DNA of 64,000 bases. Source: Hamiltosporidium tvaerminnensis FI-OER-3-3. Taxonomy: Eukaryota; Fungi; Microsporidia. Numbering within the stretch: position 1 is the stretch's first letter; every line of letters begins with the position of its first letter. Below, one piece after another: positions 58,201 through 64,000 of this stretch. The notes under the pieces were generated by a model. The model was not told the DNA's origin. It saw only the letters and a program-made list of their open reading frames with translations, and did not search any database. Both the position numbers and the translations under genes were made by a program. Where the stretch lies: contig JAKIMF020000004.1 in assembly GCA_022605425.2 (NCBI GenBank), positions 1,483,982 through 1,547,981 on the forward strand, given 5' to 3'.

Positions 58201-58299
58201 GTATTTCAAATGAAGACTTAATGTTTTTAAGCAATCATACTTTCTAATCTATTTATATAAAAAAAGTATCTGCTTATCATTGATTTTAGAGATAATAAG

Positions 58300-59890
58300 A
58301 CAAGAAGGGATTTAAAGGAAATAAATTTAGGAAAACAATTAAAGGGTGTAAGTTATAAGGGTAGTATTGATTGGGTGTGTAAACAACAAGGTGTTAGTGA
58401 TAAAGCAAGAAATTATAAGGGTTTTAATTTAATATGGGTGTATAAAATGGTGTTAATCACAATTGTAATAAAGAAAGGGTGATAATCACAATTGTAACTA
58501 ATAAAGGGTGTTATTTTATAGACATATGTATAAAAGGGTGTTAATCACAATTGTGATAAAGAAAGGGTGATAATCACAATTGTATTTAATAAAGGGTGTT
58601 TTTTTCAAGACATATGTATAAAAGGGTGTTAATCACGAAGTAACTAAAAAAGTTTATTATTGAAAAACATAACAAACAGGGTTTTAATACTATTTATATT
58701 AGATAAAGGGTAGTATTTCTATGACAGATGTATAAAAGGGTGTTAATATACATGGTAGTAGATAAAGGGTGTTAGACATATGGTAGTGGATAAAGGGTGT
58801 TAATATATGCTGTATCAATAACGGGGTGTTAATGTTATAAAAGTGTTATTACGGTGTTAGTGATTAAGATAGTAATTATAAGGGTGTTATTTATATTAAG
58901 GTTATACTTTAAAGAGTCTTAGTAGTATAGCTATTTATATACATAAATAAAGGGTTAGGGTTATTATAAAGATAGATATAAGGTTAGCGTGTTAATAATA
59001 AAGCATTTTATATAGATAAACAAAGGGTTGTTATTATAAAGATAGATATATAATTAGGGTGTTAATATAAAGCTATTTATATACATAAATAAAGGGGTGT
59101 TAATTTATATAATATTCCTATTAAAATATAACAGGGTGTTAGTAAATGTGCTTCAGAAAATAGATAACGGGGTGTTAATTTATTACATATCTTCAGATAT
59201 ATAAGAGGGTGTTAATAATTATAAAATTTATAGGAAAGGATAATAGGGATTTAAGAAAATAAAAAACGAAATGAAAAATAAAAGGGTGTTAGTAAAAAAT
59301 AAATAAATTAGGAGTTATTTATAGTGATGCTCAAAATAGAGAATAGTAGGGTGTTAATAATACATATTTAAAACAGTATGTAAAAGGGTGTTAATAATAA
59401 AGGCATTAATACAATAAATAACAGGGTGTTAATATTAATATTTAAAGCAGTATATAAAAGGGTGTTACAAATCTAGGCATTTATAAAATAAATAACAGGG
59501 TGTTAATAAGGAGACTTATAATTTGCGCTAGAAGGGTGTTTTACTGGATCTTAGAATTTATAGGAATAAATAACAAAATGTTAGTAAACAAGAAATATTT
59601 CAATATAAATAACAGGCTGTTTGTAAATAAAGTGATTGGTTGATGAGATAGCAGGGTTTTATTGAAAATAGAATTTCAAAGGATATATATAGAAAGGCCT
59701 TACCATATAAATAGGGTTAAATCTATACAAAAGGGTCTAAGTATAATAGATATTTATACGAATAAATAACAGGGTGTTATTGATAAGAATAAATATCTAA
59801 AATTTAAAAGGGTGTTAGTAATAAGACAATAATAAACAAAATAAGGGTGTTAATTATACGGATATATTTTACTAAATAAAGGGTGTTCAT
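58300..59890 (+). repeat. Array of AAGGGTGTTA motifs with variable AT-rich spacers
   Basis: About 25 GGGTGTT copies plus degenerate ones, all on the + strand. Spacing is ~29-30 bp in the first part and ~36-38 bp in the second. Confidence 0.92.
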
Positions 59891-59929
59891 TATATGGATA
59901 CTTAAAAAGATTGGATTGTTACTGATATA

Positions 59930-62900
59930 TATAATGAAGCTATACCAAACAAAATCTAGGAAAAATTTAAAAAGAAATATAAGTAATTTTTATTTCTGAA
60001 ACATTATTAACTATTGTTAAATTACTCTTAGTATTCAAGAAGTTTTTTTATATAAAATCTTATATATTTTAAAAGAATTTTTTCATTACTTTCTTATCGT
60101 TTCATACAGTATATACAAAATATATTAAACAAATTTAAAAAAAATAGGTATTAAATTACAATAAAAATAATTAAATTCAAAGGCAAATCAAATAAAAAAA
60201 ATATAAACTAGATATTTTTATTATATCATTCCTTAATATCAAACTTAATGTATTTTTTCAGATTAAATTTTTTTCATTTTTTTTGGATCTTTCATTGCAG
60301 TATAGTAATCCAGATTGAACAAATCTAAAAAAATAAAGAAACAGAATTTTATGATAAAAATAGCTTAATTAAATATTAAACAATCTTATAGATTCATTAT
60401 AAACCAATTCAAATATTTATAATATTTTTAATAAGTTAATCTTATTTCTTATGAATTTCATTTTTTTTGAATCTCTTATACTGATATAATAGAAAATATA
60501 TCTAACAAAATCGAAAAAATTAGGTAATAAGATTGCCGAAAACATCACCTAGTTGTAAAAAAAAGAAACGCATTGGTTTTATTATGAAACATTCTGTTAG
60601 TATCTTAAGAATTTTTTAAGTAAAATTCGAATATTTTTTTAGATCATCTTGCTAAAGTTTTTTGATTGCTTAATACAATATATAGAAAATATATTGAAGA
60701 AAATAGAATAAAGTGGTAATGATACTTTTCCAAAATATAAACAGATACAATTATAAACAGAATATGTTATATTATCATAAACTAATCTGAAGCACTACAG
60801 AAATTTTGAAACATTAGATTATATATCTTTTGAGTTGAATTTTTTAATCATTTTCAAAGTGTTTCATGTATTATATGCAAAATATATTGAACAAAGTAAA
60901 AATAAAATAAAATTAATACAAAATATGAACAGATTTTATTGTCAAGCATAAAATAAAATTAGTTGCCTCAAATCCAATATGCTTTTAGCATTTCTTATTT
61001 AATAAAACATATATTTTTCTAAATCTATTTTCTCAAAATTTTATAAACGTCTATACGACTATATAGACCAAATCAAATAAAAGTAAAAAAAAATAGATTT
61101 AGAAAAACCACAAGCGAATCAAGAAAGATTGTTGTAAACATTTTAATAGATTCTATTATGAAGATTTGATATATTTTCATTGCTTTTAATCTTTTAAAAA
61201 CATATATATATTTAATCCATTTTCGTACAATTTTCAATTCGTTCAAACTACTATGGTAAACTGTATTGAATAAAATTTAAAAAAATAGATTTAGAAAAAT
61301 TTACTTTTACTAGCCTAAATTTTATATTAGATAATCCATTTAAATTTATAAACTCATTTGTACTATAAAATAAATTTTAAACATTTAATCATATTTCTTT
61401 TTGACTTTTTTTTTACAGATTTCAGGATCTTTCATACCACTATAGTAAACTATATTGAATAAATTTGAAAAAAAATATGTATGAAAAATTTATAAGAAAC
61501 AATAAACGAATTTTATATTGAACAATGTTAATGTTTTATTTTAAAGTCATATTTAGTATTTGTAAGTAGTTTAAAATTAAAAACTATTTTTTTAAATTTA
61601 TTTTCTTACGTATTTTGGAATTATTTTATAAAGTATACAAGAAAAGATTTCGAGCAAGATAGGAAAATAAAAGTAATAAAGTTCACATTAAACATCATAA
61701 AATTATAGTATTTATGAACTATTTAATATATTTTAATGTTTTTCAAGCAAAGAAACAAATTTTTTGTAAAAATTAAATTTCCGTTTATTTTTAAATTGTC
61801 TATACTATATACGGAAACTATTTTAAAAAAAAGAAAAAAAATTGGTAGTATAAATTCACACAAAAAATAAGCCAATTTTATTATAAATCAAAACATAAAA
61901 TTATATAATAAATATCTGAAACTTTTCCTGCTTTTTTTAGTATTTTAATCAAATATTTTTTCAGTATAATTTTTTTGTAGTACTTTAAAATCTTACATCG
62001 ATTATATGGAAACTAGATCAACTAAAATCTAAAAAAGTAGGTATTTAAAAATAAACTAAAACATAGACAAATTTAAATAAAATAAACCTCTTGACTCATT
62101 AAAATATAATTGCTAGTGCTAAAAGTATCTTTAAGGATTAAAACCAACATTTCTTTTGATTTCTTTTAATTTTTTTTTGTTCTAATTTTCGATCGTTTCA
62201 TATACTATATAGAAAATATATCGAGCTCAATCGAAAAAAATAAAGTTCCAATATTCGAAAGAAAACCGGATAAAATTTTATTTCAAATACATTTATATAG
62301 TTATTATAAGATAAATTGTTATATCTTTAGTGGGTTTAAAGTATTAGAACATAATATTTTCTTGTCTTAGTTTTCATAGATTTGGAATTGTCAATACTAC
62401 TATAGTAAAATGAATTGCACGAATTTAAAAACATAGGTATTTAAAGATTACAAAAAACATAATCAAATTTTATACAAATAGAACTATCGACTCAACAAAA
62501 TATCATTCGTAATATTAAAATTATTTTTAAAGTACTGAGCCAATATTTTTTTTAACCACAGTTTTACAAATTTTTAGATCGTTTCATATATTATATAGAA
62601 AATATACCGAACAAAATCAGACTAAATTAGGTAACAAAAATTAATAGAAAAAAGGATCAAATTTTATTACAAAATATAAAATAATATTAAAAACCAAGCA
62701 TTTGATATATTTTAAGAAAATTTCCTTCGAATTAAACAAATATTTTTTAAAATCGTTTTTTTCAACATTTTTAAATCGTTAATTTACTATAGAAAAATAT
62801 AATGAAAATATTGAAAAATTTAGGTAATAAAAAATATTGAAAAAAATTCCAAATATAAAACTAAAGGAGACAAAAAATATTATTGCACACCTATAAGTAG

Positions 62901-63720
62901 TGTTTGCAGAAATTTTTTAAAAAAATAAAATATATTTCGGTTGCAATATTTTTCATATTTTTTGATCGTCAATACCACTATAGTAAAATGAATTAAATAA
63001 ATTTGAAAAAAAATAATAAAAAAATTTAATAGAAAACATGACTTAATTTAAAAATATATAGACTCATTATGTTTTTATCCGAGAATTTGTTGCAATTTAG
63101 TAACTTTATATATCTAATCTTTTATTTATAAAACTTGATTGCTTCAATTTTTTAAGTTGCTTCATGCATTATAGACAGAAAAACTTGAAACTAATGAAAA
63201 AAGATTATTAATAAATCTTAGTAAGAATAAATATTATAGTTTAGGCCTAAGTAACTTAATAGGTTATTATAAATTCGGCTTTGTAGTTGCAGACATTTTA
63301 AGACATTAGATCTTATTTATTTTAGAATTTATTTTTTTTACAATTTTTGAAATGTTAATACGAAGACTAGTCAGAGAATATACTTAAAAAAATCAAAAAA
63401 AATACACACAAAAATTTACAATAAATACTGCAAGTTTTAATTTTAAAACTCTAATTAGTATGTATGTTTTTTAACTCAATATTTAGTAATTTTAGAAGCG
63501 TTCCCATACATCTAAGCAATATTGTCAAACAGACATAAAAAATAAAAAATAAATATCACATTAAAATAGAATAATTTTTGTTGTAAACAAAGATTTTTTA
63601 ACTATATAAAATACTTATGAATATACAGTATTCTTAGCATAAAAATATGTTCTTTTAACTCGTTTTTTTTTTTTCAATTAAGGTCATAAAAGATTATAAA
63701 ACTTAGTAAATCTTCATAGA
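59930..63720 (+). repeat. Diverged ~190-bp satellite array 2 (~20 monomers), same family and orientation as array 1
   Basis: Cores near 60103, 60293, 60477, 60672, 60865, 61052, 61244, 61433, 61627, 61801, 61996, 62199, 62393, 62585, 62781, 62971, 63163, 63357, 63505 and 63685. Period ~191 bp. Confidence 0.88.
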
Positions 63721-64000
63721 CATAATATTTTTCCTATAAAGAGACATTCTCGCTACCTTTCTGCTTATATTAAAATGTAATATTCTTAAAAAAACTTATT
63801 TTATTTTTTAAATGGTAATTTTCAAAGATATAATCAATCAAAAAATAAGAATATAGAAAGACATACATACTTCACACTAGAAACAACTTACTTTCTAGTG
63901 TAAATTCTCTGAACTTAATTAAATATTTATAAGATAACCTACCTTATTTGTAGATTTTCTAGTAAAGTATGAAATTTTATACAAATCTTATTTAAGTCTT

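Noticed and set aside
58300-59890. CRISPR-like repeat/spacer appearance
   Set aside because: The repeat is only ~8-10 bp and non-palindromic, spacers are related to each other and duplicated, there are no cas genes, and the context is eukaryotic.
49200-63720. 190-bp repeat as an active coding repeat (SFHTLYRKYIEQNRKKLGNK)
   Set aside because: Stops in most units, variable unit lengths and no ORF spanning units. A remote coding ancestry cannot be excluded.

Overview
Extremely AT-rich (roughly 20-25% GC by eye), gene-poor eukaryotic DNA. Its style (intronless secreted-type hypothetical genes, decayed LRR-like genes, an AAGGGTGTTAAT / 'KQQGVS' low-complexity array) resembles large-genome microsporidia such as Hamiltosporidium. 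That assignment is recalled resemblance, not a database result. Only two credible genes are present: 2926-4908, and a frameshifted paralog at 22511-24297. Both have a signal peptide, a disordered linker and a shared helical C-terminal domain. The rest of the first 49 kb holds many gene remnants, including a ~2.4 kb dead LRR-like gene present twice (24.75-27.2 kb and 46.7-49.1 kb) with shared lesions. The most striking structure is the last 15 kb. Two arrays of a diverged ~190-bp tandem repeat (49.2-53.6 kb, ~23 units; 59.9-63.7 kb, ~20 units) carry two 17-bp core variants, dyad symmetry, phased A/T tracts, a dimeric higher-order repeat and colinear monomer order between arrays. Directly before the second array is a strand-polarised 1.6-kb GGGTGTTA-motif array. 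Together these form a candidate centromere-like or chromatin-organising domain. No rRNA, tRNA, CRISPR or identifiable intact transposon was found.
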